From contig OZ007022.1 in NCBI GenBank assembly GCA_963931515.1, positions 13,747 to 77,746 on the forward strand: a stretch of DNA of 64,000 nt, given 5' to 3'. A program made the position numbers and the translations under genes. The notes below the pieces were generated by a model, which saw nothing but the letters and a program-made list of their open reading frames with translations, had not been told where the DNA came from and did no database searches. Positions 11,126 to 22,499 of the stretch are shown in pieces (the first letter of the stretch is position 1; each line of letters opens with the position of its first letter). Source of the DNA: an uncultured Bacilli bacterium. Its GTDB lineage: Bacteria > Bacillota_I > Bacilli_A > RF39 > UBA660.

Positions 11126-11839
11126 TTGGAGTTGGTTTTAATGATTTATACAGATTATTATGATAGTGATGAATTTAATAGAGCTTTTAATGAAATTGTT
11201 AAGTTAGATAATTCTGGAGTTGATCCATATTATAATTTGATTAGTATGCATAATTTAAAATATAAACTTGATAGAAAAGGTTATTTGTTCTTTATTTTAG
11301 GTAAGTATACGGTTAATACATTGCATGAAAGATATGTACTTAATTATTTAAAGAATCATCCTTATGTATGGAATTATAATGTTGCTGGGGCGAAAAAAAA
11401 TTTGAATACTTCTTTAGGTCATGTACATTTTTCTTTATGTGTGAATAGTGTAAAAGACGCTTATTTTAAAGGCACGGATAAACATTCTTTTGATGTGTTA
11501 TGTGATGTTTATGCGGGTAAATATAGAAGTAGATGTCATGAGATTTCTTCAATTTTAGGTGTGAATGGTGATTATGTGGTTACAGCTTTTGTGAATAGTC
11601 CAGTTAAGAATTATAAGTTTTTACATTCATTTGTTCAAAAAGGTGATGAAATTTTAGATTTTTCGAAAAATGTAAAGATGAGTAAAGATGAATATTATGA
11701 TTTATTAAGTCCTGATGTTGTTTCTAAAATTAGAGGAGATAGATTGATTTCTGATATTATGTTTGTTTCACATAATTATCCACCAATGACACCTAAAGAT
11801 TTTTTTGTCAGACATAATCAATTGGTTTTGAGAAGATAA
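11126..11839 (+). CDS. hypothetical protein
   Basis: ORF with no recognisable motifs; start uncertain (alternative ATG at 11141). Confidence 0.45.
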   Translation: MELVLMIYTDYYDSDEFNRAFNEIVKLDNSGVDPYYNLISMHNLKYKLDRKGYLFFILGKYTVNTLHERYVLNYLKNHPYVWNYNVAGAKKNLNTSLGHVHFSLCVNSVKDAYFKGTDKHSFDVLCDVYAGKYRSRCHEISSILGVNGDYVVTAFVNSPVKNYKFLHSFVQKGDEILDFSKNVKMSKDEYYDLLSPDVVSKIRGDRLISDIMFVSHNYPPMTPKDFFVRHNQLVLRR

Positions 11840-11880
11840 AATGGTTCAAATGAAAACGAGTGATTTATCGAAAATATTAC

Positions 11881-11908
11881 TTGTTTTTTTTTTTTTTTTT
11901 GATATATT
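11881..11908 (+). promoter_or_regulatory. putative sigma-A promoter (TTGTTT -35, TATATT -10) whose spacer is a 17-nt poly-T tract (11884-11900)
   Basis: Homopolymeric T17 sits exactly between the -35-like and -10-like hexamers, about 30 nt upstream of an RBS and the ATG at 11937. Confidence 0.45.
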
Positions 11909-11936
11909 GTTATTGGATAGGATAGGAGAGGTATTC

Positions 11937-12872
11937 ATGAAAGAGAAAAAGAACAAATATATCAAGACAAATATAATAGGATTTGTAATAGCGATGGTAA
12001 TAGTAAGTGGCTTTGCAGTGTATGCGGCAGTCACATTTCCAAGTAAAGATGTCACATATGAAAATGGTACAAGTGGTTTAGGAGCAAATAATGTCCAAGG
12101 GGCGATAGATGAATTATATAAAACATGTACAGCTAAGCCAGCGTTAGATGTCATAAAAGATTTAGTGTCAACAAATACTAATGAATTATATAAAGATGAA
12201 CACGGAGATATAAGATATTATGGTGCAAATCCAAATAACTATGTAAGTTTTAATAATGAACTATGGCGTATAATCGGAGTTATAGATGGCAAAATAAAGA
12301 TAATCAGAAATGAAAGTATAGGTAATAAAAAATGGGCGTCAAACAGTAGTAATAATTGGAATAATTCTGATTTAAAAAGTTATTTGAATGGAGATTACTA
12401 TAATAGTATAGATGGAACATATAAAAATATGATATCAGAGGGAACATATTATTTAGGTGGACCGACTTCTAGCAATGCTGGAACTTTAAAGGCAGGCGGT
12501 TATTATAATGCTGAAAGAGATAGCAGGCAAGTATATAGTGGCAATCCAACAAGCACAACACAGTATATAGGCTTAATGTATCCAAGTGACTATGGATATG
12601 CGGCAGGAAGTAGTTGCCTATCAAAGGCACTTTATAATTATGATAGTAGTTGCAAAAATAGTGATTATTTATCAATTGGACTAAACGAATGGTTACAGGC
12701 TCCTTATGCCAGTGATGATTCCTATGTGGCCGTTCTGCGCAGTGCTGGTTACGTCAACTACACCTATTCCGTGACCCGCTCCCTTGCGGTCCGCCCAGTC
12801 TTATATCTAAACTCCAACGTTCAAATTACTGGTGGAGATGGAAGTCAAAAAAATGCATTTACTCTTGGATAG
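11937..12872 (+). CDS. membrane-anchored surface protein (N-terminal TM anchor, NVQGAIDEL motif, GC-rich conserved C-terminal cassette); paralog of the gene ending at 115
   Basis: GGAGAGG RBS before the ATG at 11937; N-terminal TM helix; the ORF-track start at 11841 would read through the poly-T tract and is unlikely. Confidence 0.6.
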   Translation: MKEKKNKYIKTNIIGFVIAMVIVSGFAVYAAVTFPSKDVTYENGTSGLGANNVQGAIDELYKTCTAKPALDVIKDLVSTNTNELYKDEHGDIRYYGANPNNYVSFNNELWRIIGVIDGKIKIIRNESIGNKKWASNSSNNWNNSDLKSYLNGDYYNSIDGTYKNMISEGTYYLGGPTSSNAGTLKAGGYYNAERDSRQVYSGNPTSTTQYIGLMYPSDYGYAAGSSCLSKALYNYDSSCKNSDYLSIGLNEWLQAPYASDDSYVAVLRSAGYVNYTYSVTRSLAVRPVLYLNSNVQITGGDGSQKNAFTLG

Positions 12873-13085
12873 AGCTTGCGAAGCGTCCCCTGTAAGGCAA
12901 AGTCTTACGAGGACCGGCCCAAATTTCAAGGCAAAGTAAAGTATAAACAAAATGTAAAGGTTAAAACAATAAAGGTGGTGGTGTTAAGTTAAGTGCGTAT
13001 AATAGATATGTATTTTAAAAAAAATACACCAAAGAGATTTAATAATTATTAAAAGGAAAGAAAAATATTGGAATGATTATTTGTA

Positions 13086-13106
13086 CGACCGCGAAGCGGT
13101 CGTTTT
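13086..13106 (+). terminator. rho-independent terminator (CGACCGC-gaa-GCGGTCG-TTTT)
   Basis: Perfect 7-bp GC-rich stem followed by a T-run. Confidence 0.6.
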
Positions 13107-13172
13107 ATAGTTTGTTTTTTGTAATGGTTTTTGTTTTTTTGAAAAATTTTGTAGTTTTTTAGCAGTCATATA

Positions 13173-13201
13173 TTGACAGTGCTAGCATACAATGCTATAA
13201 T
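13173..13201 (+). promoter_or_regulatory. sigma-A promoter of the hrcA operon (TTGACA-17-TATAAT)
   Basis: Consensus hexamers with a 17-nt spacer. Confidence 0.7.
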
Positions 13202-13204
13202 GAA

Positions 13205-13231
13205 GTAGCAATCAGATAAAAAGAGTGCTAA
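13205..13231 (+). promoter_or_regulatory. CIRCE operator (HrcA binding site), gTAGCAaTC-N9-GAGTGCTAA
   Basis: Imperfect inverted repeat matching the CIRCE consensus TTAGCACTC-N9-GAGTGCTAA, located between the promoter and the hrcA start. Confidence 0.7.
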
Positions 13232-13244
13232 AAGAGGTGATTAA

Positions 13245-14234
13245 ATGCTATCGAAAAGGCAAGAAGAATTATTAAAATTAATTGTTGAAAATTATATTAA
13301 GACAGCAACACCGGTTAGTTCGAAGGCTTTATGTAAGAAGATGAAGTGTTCGAGTGCAACGGTTAGAAATGAGATGGCAGCTCTTGAAGGACTTTCTTTA
13401 ATTCAAAAGACACATATTTCATCTGGTAGAGTTCCAAGTGATAAAGGGTACAGATATTATGTTGATAATATTATGGTACCTAAAGAACTTAATGGTGAGG
13501 ATATGTTAAAACTGAAACAGATATTTTCAAATAATGCATTAGTTCTTTCTGATGCGATTACAAAAAGTATGGAAATTGTTTCAGAACTTACGCATTACAC
13601 AGCTATAGTTTTAGGTCATTCTTCTAGTGACAATAAAATTGCGAAGGTTGAGGTGGTGCCGATAGATGATAATAAAATGATTGCTATTGTAATTACCGAT
13701 AAAGGACATGTAGAAAACCGTAATGTAGTTATTGATGGTAATGTTAGTAAAGCTGAAGTTAAGCAGACTATTGATATTATTAGTAAATTAATCGTAGGTG
13801 TTCCAATTGATGAAGTAGGTCAGGTTTTAGAGTTTGAGGTTAAACCGATTATTAACCGTTATGTTAAAGAGCATGAAGCTTTATATAATGCATTTTATAA
13901 TGCGTTTAGTGATTTTTCGGCTAAGCCGCATATTAGAATGAGTGGAACGAATAATTTATTAATGGAACCTGAATTTGATGATGTTAGTAAGATTCGAACT
14001 TTACTAAATAAGTTTGAGGATAAAGATCTTATCAAGAGTATTAAGACTGATGATGATGAGATTAAGGTTTATATCGGAAGTGAAAATTCGATTGATGATG
14101 ATGTATCAATTATTAAAACGAGTTTTTACAAAGATGGTGAAGAAGGAACGATTGCTTTAATTGGTCCAAAAAGAATGGAATATGGACGGGCTGAGGCATT
14201 ACTTAATTACATTAAGGAGAATATAGGTAGGTGA
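13245..14234 (+). CDS. hrcA: heat-inducible transcription repressor HrcA
   Basis: N-terminal winged-helix region (LSKRQEELLKLIVENYI); position at the head of the grpE-dnaK operon. Confidence 0.9.
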   Translation: MLSKRQEELLKLIVENYIKTATPVSSKALCKKMKCSSATVRNEMAALEGLSLIQKTHISSGRVPSDKGYRYYVDNIMVPKELNGEDMLKLKQIFSNNALVLSDAITKSMEIVSELTHYTAIVLGHSSSDNKIAKVEVVPIDDNKMIAIVITDKGHVENRNVVIDGNVSKAEVKQTIDIISKLIVGVPIDEVGQVLEFEVKPIINRYVKEHEALYNAFYNAFSDFSAKPHIRMSGTNNLLMEPEFDDVSKIRTLLNKFEDKDLIKSIKTDDDEIKVYIGSENSIDDDVSIIKTSFYKDGEEGTIALIGPKRMEYGRAEALLNYIKENIGR

Positions 14235-14239
14235 TATAG

Positions 14240-14863
14240 GTGGATAAAGAAGAAAAATATGAAAAGCATGAACATGATAAACATGATCATCATGATTATG
14301 AAAAACATTATGACAAACATGAAGATAAGTACGAACACCATGATAAACACAAAGATAAGAAGTGCAAATGCGATAAGCATGATAAGCATAAAGAGTGTAA
14401 ATGTCATGATGATAAGTTAGAAGAAAGTTTAAAGAAAATAAAAGAATTAGAAGAAGAGGTATTAAAAGCAAAGGCTGACAATATTAATTATAGAAAAAGA
14501 AAAGATGAAGAAGTTAGTAAGATGTTAGAGTTTGCGAATGAAGATTTAGTTAAAGATATTTTACCTTCTATTGATAATTTTGAAAGAGCAATTAATTTAG
14601 ATGATGAAAATTTAGATGATGAGCTTTCAAAATTCTTGGCGGGATTTAAGATGATATATTGTCATTTGGTAGAAGTATTAGAACAATATGATGTTAAGGC
14701 TATTGATGATAGAGGTAAAGAGTTTAATCCTAAATTCCACCAAGCAGTGCTTACTGAGAAGGTGGAGGGCATGGAACCTGGTATGGTAGTTGAGGTTATG
14801 CAGAAGGGTTATATGCTTAAGGATAAAGTTATTAGACCAGCTATGGTCAAAGTTAGTGAATAA
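14240..14863 (+). CDS. grpE: nucleotide exchange factor GrpE with a His/Cys-rich N-terminal extension
   Basis: C-terminal GrpE domain (dimerisation helix plus beta-sheet arm); GTG start after AGGTAGGTGA; the first 60 aa contain 13 His and 4 Cys in DKH/CKC repeats. Confidence 0.85.
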   Translation: MDKEEKYEKHEHDKHDHHDYEKHYDKHEDKYEHHDKHKDKKCKCDKHDKHKECKCHDDKLEESLKKIKELEEEVLKAKADNINYRKRKDEEVSKMLEFANEDLVKDILPSIDNFERAINLDDENLDDELSKFLAGFKMIYCHLVEVLEQYDVKAIDDRGKEFNPKFHQAVLTEKVEGMEPGMVVEVMQKGYMLKDKVIRPAMVKVSE

Positions 14864-14874
14864 GAAAGGAATGA

Positions 14875-16698
<1,824 letters not shown>

Positions 16699-16727
16699 AA
16701 GTTCTAGGAGACTAGAACTTTCTCTTT

Positions 16728-18545
16728 ATGAAAGGAAAATTTATGATTATAAAAGATAAAACTAGGGATGAAATAGATGAGAAGTATAAGTGGGATTTAA
16801 GTAAAATTTATATATCAGAAGATGAATGGCTTAAGGACTATGAATATGTTAAAGCGAATGGTGATAAGTATTTAGAGTTTAAAGGTAAGCTCAATAATGC
16901 GGATACTATTTATGAATATTTGATGTTTGATGAAGAGTTTTCTAAAAAAGTTGATGCGGTTTATATGTATGCGGCTTTGAAGTTCGATGAGGATACTAGT
17001 AATAGTAAATATCAAGAGCTTAAGGGTAAGATTGAGAAGGTACTTACGGATATTGGAGCCAAGAGTTCTTATGTTTTACCAGAGTTACTTAAGCTTTCTA
17101 AAGAAGATTTTGATAGATTTATGAATGAAAAATCTGAACTTAAGATGTATGAATATGAGTTTAGAAATGTACTTCGAATGAAAAATCATATTTTATCTGA
17201 TAAGGAAGAAGAGTTACTTTCTAGTTTAGGTAAGAGTTTAAATAATAGTGAAGATACAGCTAGTTATTTAAGAAATTCTGATATGAAGTTTGGAATTATT
17301 AAAGATAGTGATAATAATGATGTAGAGCTTTCTAATATTAATTTTTCAAAGTATATTATGGATAATAATAGGGAAGTTAGAAAAAGTGCTTTTTATACCC
17401 TTTATAAAGAGTATGAGAATTTACAAAATACTTTTGCTTCTAGTTATAGTGGTAAGGTAAATACGGATAATGTACTGGCTTTAAGGCGTGGATTTAAAGA
17501 TGCCAGAGATGCGGCTTTATTTGATAGTAATATTGATAATAAGGTTTATGATAATTTGATTGATGTTTTACACAAAAACCTTTATATTATGGATGATTAT
17601 TATGCTTTAAAGAAAGAGGTTATGGGACTTGATGAGATTCATATTTATGATATTTATAGTAGTTTAGTTCCAGAATCTAATAAGAATTATACTTTTGAAG
17701 AGGCTAAGGATATTGTTTTAGATGCATTATCTATTTTAGGTGATAGTTATATTACTGATTTATCGAAAGCATTTGATGAAAAATGGATAGATGTGATGCC
17801 TAGCCATGGTAAAAAAGGTGGCGCTTATTCATGGGGAAGTTATACTACTAATCCTTATTTGCTTTTGAATTTTAATGGCAAGTTTGATGATGTTTCAACT
17901 TTAGCTCATGAACTTGGTCATTCGATGCATTCATATTATTCTAATAAGAATAATCCTTATGTATATCATCAGTATAAGATATTTGTAGCAGAAGTGGCTT
18001 CACAGGTTAATGAGTTAATATTAGCTAGATATTTGATTAATCATACGGATGATAAGAATGAAAAGTTATCGATAATAGATAGTTTAATGGAACTATTTAA
18101 GGGTTCAATTGTTCGTCAAACAATGTTTGCGGAGTTTGAATATTTAATTCATAAAAAAGAACAAGAAGGAACTGTTTTGACTAGTGAGTTTTTATCTAAT
18201 GAATATTATAAATTATATGAAAAATATTCTGGTCATAATATGACTAGCGATAAAGAGATTAGATATGAATGGGAAAAAATTCCACATTTCTATTACAACT
18301 TTTATGTGTATCAATATGCGACAGGGTTAGCTGCGGCAAGTTATATTGCGGAAAATATTATGAATGGTGATAAGGAGGCTTTGAATAATTATTTGAAGTT
18401 CTTAACACTTGGTGGTAGTATGGATCCGATAGATGAACTTAAGGTGGCTGGTGTTGACATGAATAACCCAAAAGTTATACAATCAGCAATGGATACATTT
18501 AAAGGTTTGATAGAGGAGTTTAAAAATATTTACCGAAGTAGGTGA
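16728..18545 (+). CDS. pepF: oligoendopeptidase F (M3B family metallopeptidase)
   Basis: HEXXH zinc motif HELGHSMH; length and overall M3B architecture; inserted between dnaK and dnaJ. Confidence 0.85.
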   Translation: MKGKFMIIKDKTRDEIDEKYKWDLSKIYISEDEWLKDYEYVKANGDKYLEFKGKLNNADTIYEYLMFDEEFSKKVDAVYMYAALKFDEDTSNSKYQELKGKIEKVLTDIGAKSSYVLPELLKLSKEDFDRFMNEKSELKMYEYEFRNVLRMKNHILSDKEEELLSSLGKSLNNSEDTASYLRNSDMKFGIIKDSDNNDVELSNINFSKYIMDNNREVRKSAFYTLYKEYENLQNTFASSYSGKVNTDNVLALRRGFKDARDAALFDSNIDNKVYDNLIDVLHKNLYIMDDYYALKKEVMGLDEIHIYDIYSSLVPESNKNYTFEEAKDIVLDALSILGDSYITDLSKAFDEKWIDVMPSHGKKGGAYSWGSYTTNPYLLLNFNGKFDDVSTLAHELGHSMHSYYSNKNNPYVYHQYKIFVAEVASQVNELILARYLINHTDDKNEKLSIIDSLMELFKGSIVRQTMFAEFEYLIHKKEQEGTVLTSEFLSNEYYKLYEKYSGHNMTSDKEIRYEWEKIPHFYYNFYVYQYATGLAAASYIAENIMNGDKEALNNYLKFLTLGGSMDPIDELKVAGVDMNNPKVIQSAMDTFKGLIEEFKNIYRSR

Positions 18546-18550
18546 TAAGT

Positions 18551-19684
18551 ATGAATAAAAGAGATTATTATGAAGTGCTCGGCGTTTCAAAAGATGCGAG
18601 TGAGGCTGAAATTAAAAGTGCTTTTAGAAAGTTAGCTAAGAAATACCATCCAGATGTTTCTAAGGAACCTGATGCGGCAGAGAAGTTTAAAGAGGCACAG
18701 GAAGCATACGCGGTTTTATCTGATGAGACTAAACGTAGACAGTATGATCAATTTGGTCATGCCGCATTTAGTGGAGGTGCTGGTGGTTCTGGTGCAGGAT
18801 ATGGAGGATTTTCAGGATTTGATTTTGGAGATATAGATTTAGGCGATATTTTTGATGGTATGTTTGGTGGCGGTTTTTCTTCTGGTTTTGGTTCATTTGG
18901 TGGTAGAAGAGGTTCTACTAGAAAACAAAAAGGACCAGACAGAGTTATTCAAATTGATTTGGATTTTGAAGAGGCGGCTTTCGGATGTAAGAAAACAATT
19001 AATTTAACTTTGAATGAGAAGTGTGATGACTGTAATGGAGAGGGTGGACATGGTTCTAAAACTTGTGATAAGTGTCATGGCTCTGGTACAATTACTGGTC
19101 AGCAACAAACTTTATTTGGTTCATTTATGACAAGAACGACATGTGATAAATGTGGTGGAAGAGGAACTATATTTGAAGATACTTGTAAGACTTGCCGTGG
19201 AACTGGAAGGGTTAAAAAGAACAAAGATATTGAGGTTACTATTCCAGCTGGTGTAGATACAGGAAATCAACTTAGAATTTCTGGTAAAGGTGAAGCTGGA
19301 GTTAATGGTGGCCCTAATGGAGATATTTATTTAGAGTTTTATGTTAGAAAACATCCTATATTTGAAAGAGATGACAATGATATTTATTTAGATATGCCTA
19401 TTACTATTACTGATGCGGTACTTGGTGCGAAGATTGAGGTTCCTACTTTGTATGGTACAGTTAAGGTTAGTGTGCCTGCTGGATCTTTAAGCGGAGATAA
19501 GCTTCGTATTAAAGGTAAAGGTATAGCTGATGTGAATAATGGCCGAAAAGGTGATATGTATATTGTTTTAAATGTTATTACTCCTAAGAAGCTTTCTCGT
19601 GATCAGAAGAAATTATTTGAAAGTTTGGCTAAAACTGATTTAGATGATTCTAGAGAATTTGATAGAATTAAGAAATATTTATAA
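18551..19684 (+). CDS. dnaJ: molecular chaperone DnaJ
   Basis: J-domain with HPD (KYHPDVS), G/F-rich region, four CxxCxGxG zinc-finger repeats; the ATG at 18551 follows an AGGTGA RBS, whereas the ORF-track start at 18542 is a GTG inside that RBS. Confidence 0.9.
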   Translation: MNKRDYYEVLGVSKDASEAEIKSAFRKLAKKYHPDVSKEPDAAEKFKEAQEAYAVLSDETKRRQYDQFGHAAFSGGAGGSGAGYGGFSGFDFGDIDLGDIFDGMFGGGFSSGFGSFGGRRGSTRKQKGPDRVIQIDLDFEEAAFGCKKTINLTLNEKCDDCNGEGGHGSKTCDKCHGSGTITGQQQTLFGSFMTRTTCDKCGGRGTIFEDTCKTCRGTGRVKKNKDIEVTIPAGVDTGNQLRISGKGEAGVNGGPNGDIYLEFYVRKHPIFERDDNDIYLDMPITITDAVLGAKIEVPTLYGTVKVSVPAGSLSGDKLRIKGKGIADVNNGRKGDMYIVLNVITPKKLSRDQKKLFESLAKTDLDDSREFDRIKKYL

Positions 19685-19707
19685 GTGGCTTTTATGGTCA
19701 CTTTTTT
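19683..19707 (+). terminator. rho-independent terminator after dnaJ
   Basis: AAGTGGC...GTCACTT stem with a T-run. Confidence 0.45.
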
Positions 19708-19852
19708 GAACTCTAATTTTTCATTGAACCAAAGGTTCTGTTTACGAAAAAAATATTCACTGGAAAGTATACATTGAATAATAATTATAGATGTTTAATA
19801 TTTAAAATCCGACTTTTTTAAAGTGAGGTTCCGACTATTTTAAAATTGCAAC

Positions 19853-19881
19853 TTGACTTTTTTAAATCTGTTACATATAAT
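19853..19881 (+). promoter_or_regulatory. consensus sigma-A promoter TTGACT-17-TATAAT
   Basis: Perfect hexamers with a 17-nt spacer, 22 nt upstream of the ATG at 19904. Confidence 0.7.
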
Positions 19882-19903
19882 AATGTTGAAAGTTGGTGAT
19901 AAA

Positions 19904-21121
19904 ATGTATGAAAGAGAAGCTTTGAAAGTTATAGAAAATATTAATAAAACATTTAAGGTTTTATTAGTTACTGGTCCTAGGCAGGTAGGGAAAACGACTT
20001 TACTTCTTAGTATTAAACCTGATAATATGGAATATGTAACACTTGATGATGAAGTTTTAAGAGAACAGGCTAGAAAAGATCCAAAACTTTTTTTAGAAGA
20101 GCATCCTGCTCCTTTATTAATCGATGAAGCACAGTATGCACCTAATTTATTTTCATATATTAAGATTGCAGTAGACAAAAGTGATAAAAACGGGATGTAT
20201 TGGCTTACTGGTTCACAGCAGTTTCATTTGATGAAAAATGTATCAGAATCACTTGCTGGAAGAGTTGGAATTGTTAATTTAAATAGTTTTATGTACTGTG
20301 AAATAGCTAAAAATAATTCTAAAGTTTTATTTGATCCTTTGAATTTGAACAAAGCTGAAAAGATTAATGTTAATGAACTTTTTGAAATTATATATAAAGG
20401 TGGTATGCCAGTTCTTTATAAAGATGATAATATTGATTCTAATATATACTTTCAAGGATATTTGGATACATATATTTCAAGAGATGTAAGAGAACTTACA
20501 GAAATTGGTAATGTTGAGTCATTTAAGAAATTTATTGTTAGTGTGGCTTCAAGAACTGGAGAACAGTTAAACTATAGTACACTTGCTGATGATGCAGGTA
20601 TAAGTGTTCCGACATCTAAAGCATGGCTTTCAATACTTACTTCATCTGGATTAGTTTATTTATTGGAACCTTATATGTCATCAGAATTAAAACGAATTAC
20701 GCATATGCCTAAAATTATTTTTATGGATACTGGACTTGCTGCTTTTTTAGCTGGATGGGAAAGTGCGAGAGATTTACAGCTTAGTCTAAGTGCGGGTCAT
20801 TTTTTAGAAACTTATGTAATAAGTGAAATTGTTAAAGATTATAATGCAAGGGGAATTAGACCAAATTTATCTTATTATAGAGATAAGGATAAAAAGGAAA
20901 TTGATTTACTTATTTATAAAAATAATACTCTTTATCCTTTTGAAATTAAAAAGACAGCTTCACCAAATAAATCAATGATTAAAAATTTTGAATTACTTAA
21001 TAAAAGTAATAAAAATATTGGCACAGGAGGAATTATTTGTCTTTATGATGATTTGATGCATTTAGATGAAAATAATTATATTATTCCCATATCTTCGGTT
21101 ATTAATGCGAAAGAATTATAG
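19904..21121 (+). CDS. AAA+ ATPase with C-terminal DUF4143 (ATP-binding protein family)
   Basis: Walker A TGPRQVGKTT; family architecture; GGTGAT RBS before the ATG at 19904 (the ORF-track start at 19853 lies inside the promoter). Confidence 0.75.
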   Translation: MYEREALKVIENINKTFKVLLVTGPRQVGKTTLLLSIKPDNMEYVTLDDEVLREQARKDPKLFLEEHPAPLLIDEAQYAPNLFSYIKIAVDKSDKNGMYWLTGSQQFHLMKNVSESLAGRVGIVNLNSFMYCEIAKNNSKVLFDPLNLNKAEKINVNELFEIIYKGGMPVLYKDDNIDSNIYFQGYLDTYISRDVRELTEIGNVESFKKFIVSVASRTGEQLNYSTLADDAGISVPTSKAWLSILTSSGLVYLLEPYMSSELKRITHMPKIIFMDTGLAAFLAGWESARDLQLSLSAGHFLETYVISEIVKDYNARGIRPNLSYYRDKDKKEIDLLIYKNNTLYPFEIKKTASPNKSMIKNFELLNKSNKNIGTGGIICLYDDLMHLDENNYIIPISSVINAKEL

Positions 21122-21221
21122 GTCTTATACTTATAATTCTTTTGTTAGTTTTAAGGCTGAATTATTGCTTAAATAATGAAAATATTAATTATTTTTGATA
21201 TAATTGTTGAAGGTGAGCACT

Positions 21222-22499
21222 ATGGAAAGAATAGATTATGAAATGGATGGATATAATATTCATGTTTTGAAAACGGATAGATTTAAGCGAGTGAAGATAT
21301 TAGTGGATTTAGTGATTCCTGATGAACGTTATTTTGTTTATAATGTTCCACTTTTATCTAGTATTTTAATGAGAACAAATTCAAGATATGATAAGATAAA
21401 CGAGAGGAATTTTGCAGCATATGAATTGTATTGTCCAGATTATTACACTGATTATCAAATATTTGGATCTAATTTAGTTTTTAGTTTAGTACTTACTTTT
21501 TTAAATGAAAAATATACTGAAAAAGGAATGAATGAAAAAGCAATTGATTTTGCTTTTAATATTTTATTTAATCCGAAAGTAGAAAATGGTTCTTTTGATG
21601 AAGAAATGCTTGATATTATTAAAGATGAGCATATTCATAAGATGGAGACTATTAAAGAAAGACCGAGAAGTTATATTATTCCAAAATTATCTGAACACAT
21701 GCCTCATTCTTATTATAAACCACTTACTTTGGATGAAACTATTGATGGTGAGAAAAGTGTGACAGGTAAGTCTTTATATAGGTGTTATCAAAGAATTTTA
21801 AATGAAGCCCGTTTAGAGGTATTTGTAGTAGGCGATGTGAATAGTGATAACATTAAGGAAATTATTGATTCTAAAATACCATGTAGGCCTGTTTTAAATG
21901 ATTTACACACTTCTTATATTATTCAAAAGAAAAAAGAGGATTTGGAAATTATTTCAGAAGATATTTTAGAAAGTCAAAGTTTACTAGCTGTGGGTTTAGT
22001 GTTTACTGATTTATCTTTTTTTGAAAGTAATTATGTTTTTAGAATTTATAATAGTATTTTAGGTGGTAGTAATAACTCACTTTTAAATACTGAGGCTAGA
22101 GAAAAAAGAGGTTTATGTTATTCTATCCGTTCTTCTCGTAATGATTTTACTGGTACTATGACAATTACGACAGCTTTTGATGGAAAAAATTATGATGAGA
22201 TGATGAAAATTATTAAAGAAAAAATAGAGGATATGAAAAACGGTAAGTTCGATGAGATTTTACTTTCTGATTTTAAAAAATCGTATATTGATTCATTTAA
22301 TGATAGTGAAGATTATATTGGTGTAAGTATGGATGATGTGGAAGATGAGATTTTATTTGGTGATGATTCAAATGAAGATAAAATTAAGAATATTAAAAAG
22401 GTGACTAAGGAAGATGTGATGGCTTTAGCTAAGAGAGCTTATATTAAGTCGGTAGTATTTTTAAGAGGAAATGATGGCTATGATAAAAAGAAAATTTGA
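21222..22499 (+). CDS. M16 family peptidase-like protein, non-catalytic partner subunit (lacks HXXEH)
   Basis: Insulinase-like fold by length and pairing; no inverted zinc motif; AGGTGAG RBS before the ATG at 21222. Confidence 0.6.
   Translation: MERIDYEMDGYNIHVLKTDRFKRVKILVDLVIPDERYFVYNVPLLSSILMRTNSRYDKINERNFAAYELYCPDYYTDYQIFGSNLVFSLVLTFLNEKYTEKGMNEKAIDFAFNILFNPKVENGSFDEEMLDIIKDEHIHKMETIKERPRSYIIPKLSEHMPHSYYKPLTLDETIDGEKSVTGKSLYRCYQRILNEARLEVFVVGDVNSDNIKEIIDSKIPCRPVLNDLHTSYIIQKKKEDLEIISEDILESQSLLAVGLVFTDLSFFESNYVFRIYNSILGGSNNSLLNTEAREKRGLCYSIRSSRNDFTGTMTITTAFDGKNYDEMMKIIKEKIEDMKNGKFDEILLSDFKKSYIDSFNDSEDYIGVSMDDVEDEILFGDDSNEDKIKNIKKVTKEDVMALAKRAYIKSVVFLRGNDGYDKKKI

Noticed and set aside
11884-11900. 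Poly-T tract as a pure sequencing or assembly artifact
   Set aside because: This is possible but not supportable from the sequence alone. Its precise placement in a promoter spacer upstream of a paralogous surface-protein gene favours a biological contingency locus, so it is kept as a finding with that caveat
11841-11936. ORF-track start at 11841 giving an N-terminus MVQMKTSDLSKILLVFFFFFDILL…
   Set aside because: It would translate through a T17 homopolymer. A proper RBS-ATG at 11937 and a promoter-like arrangement around the tract make the upstream extension unlikely
14199-14471. Minus-strand ORFs of 90 and 66 aa rich in His, Leu and Phe
   Set aside because: They are antisense to the hrcA end and the grpE His-rich repeat, and reflect the DKH-repeat DNA read on the other strand
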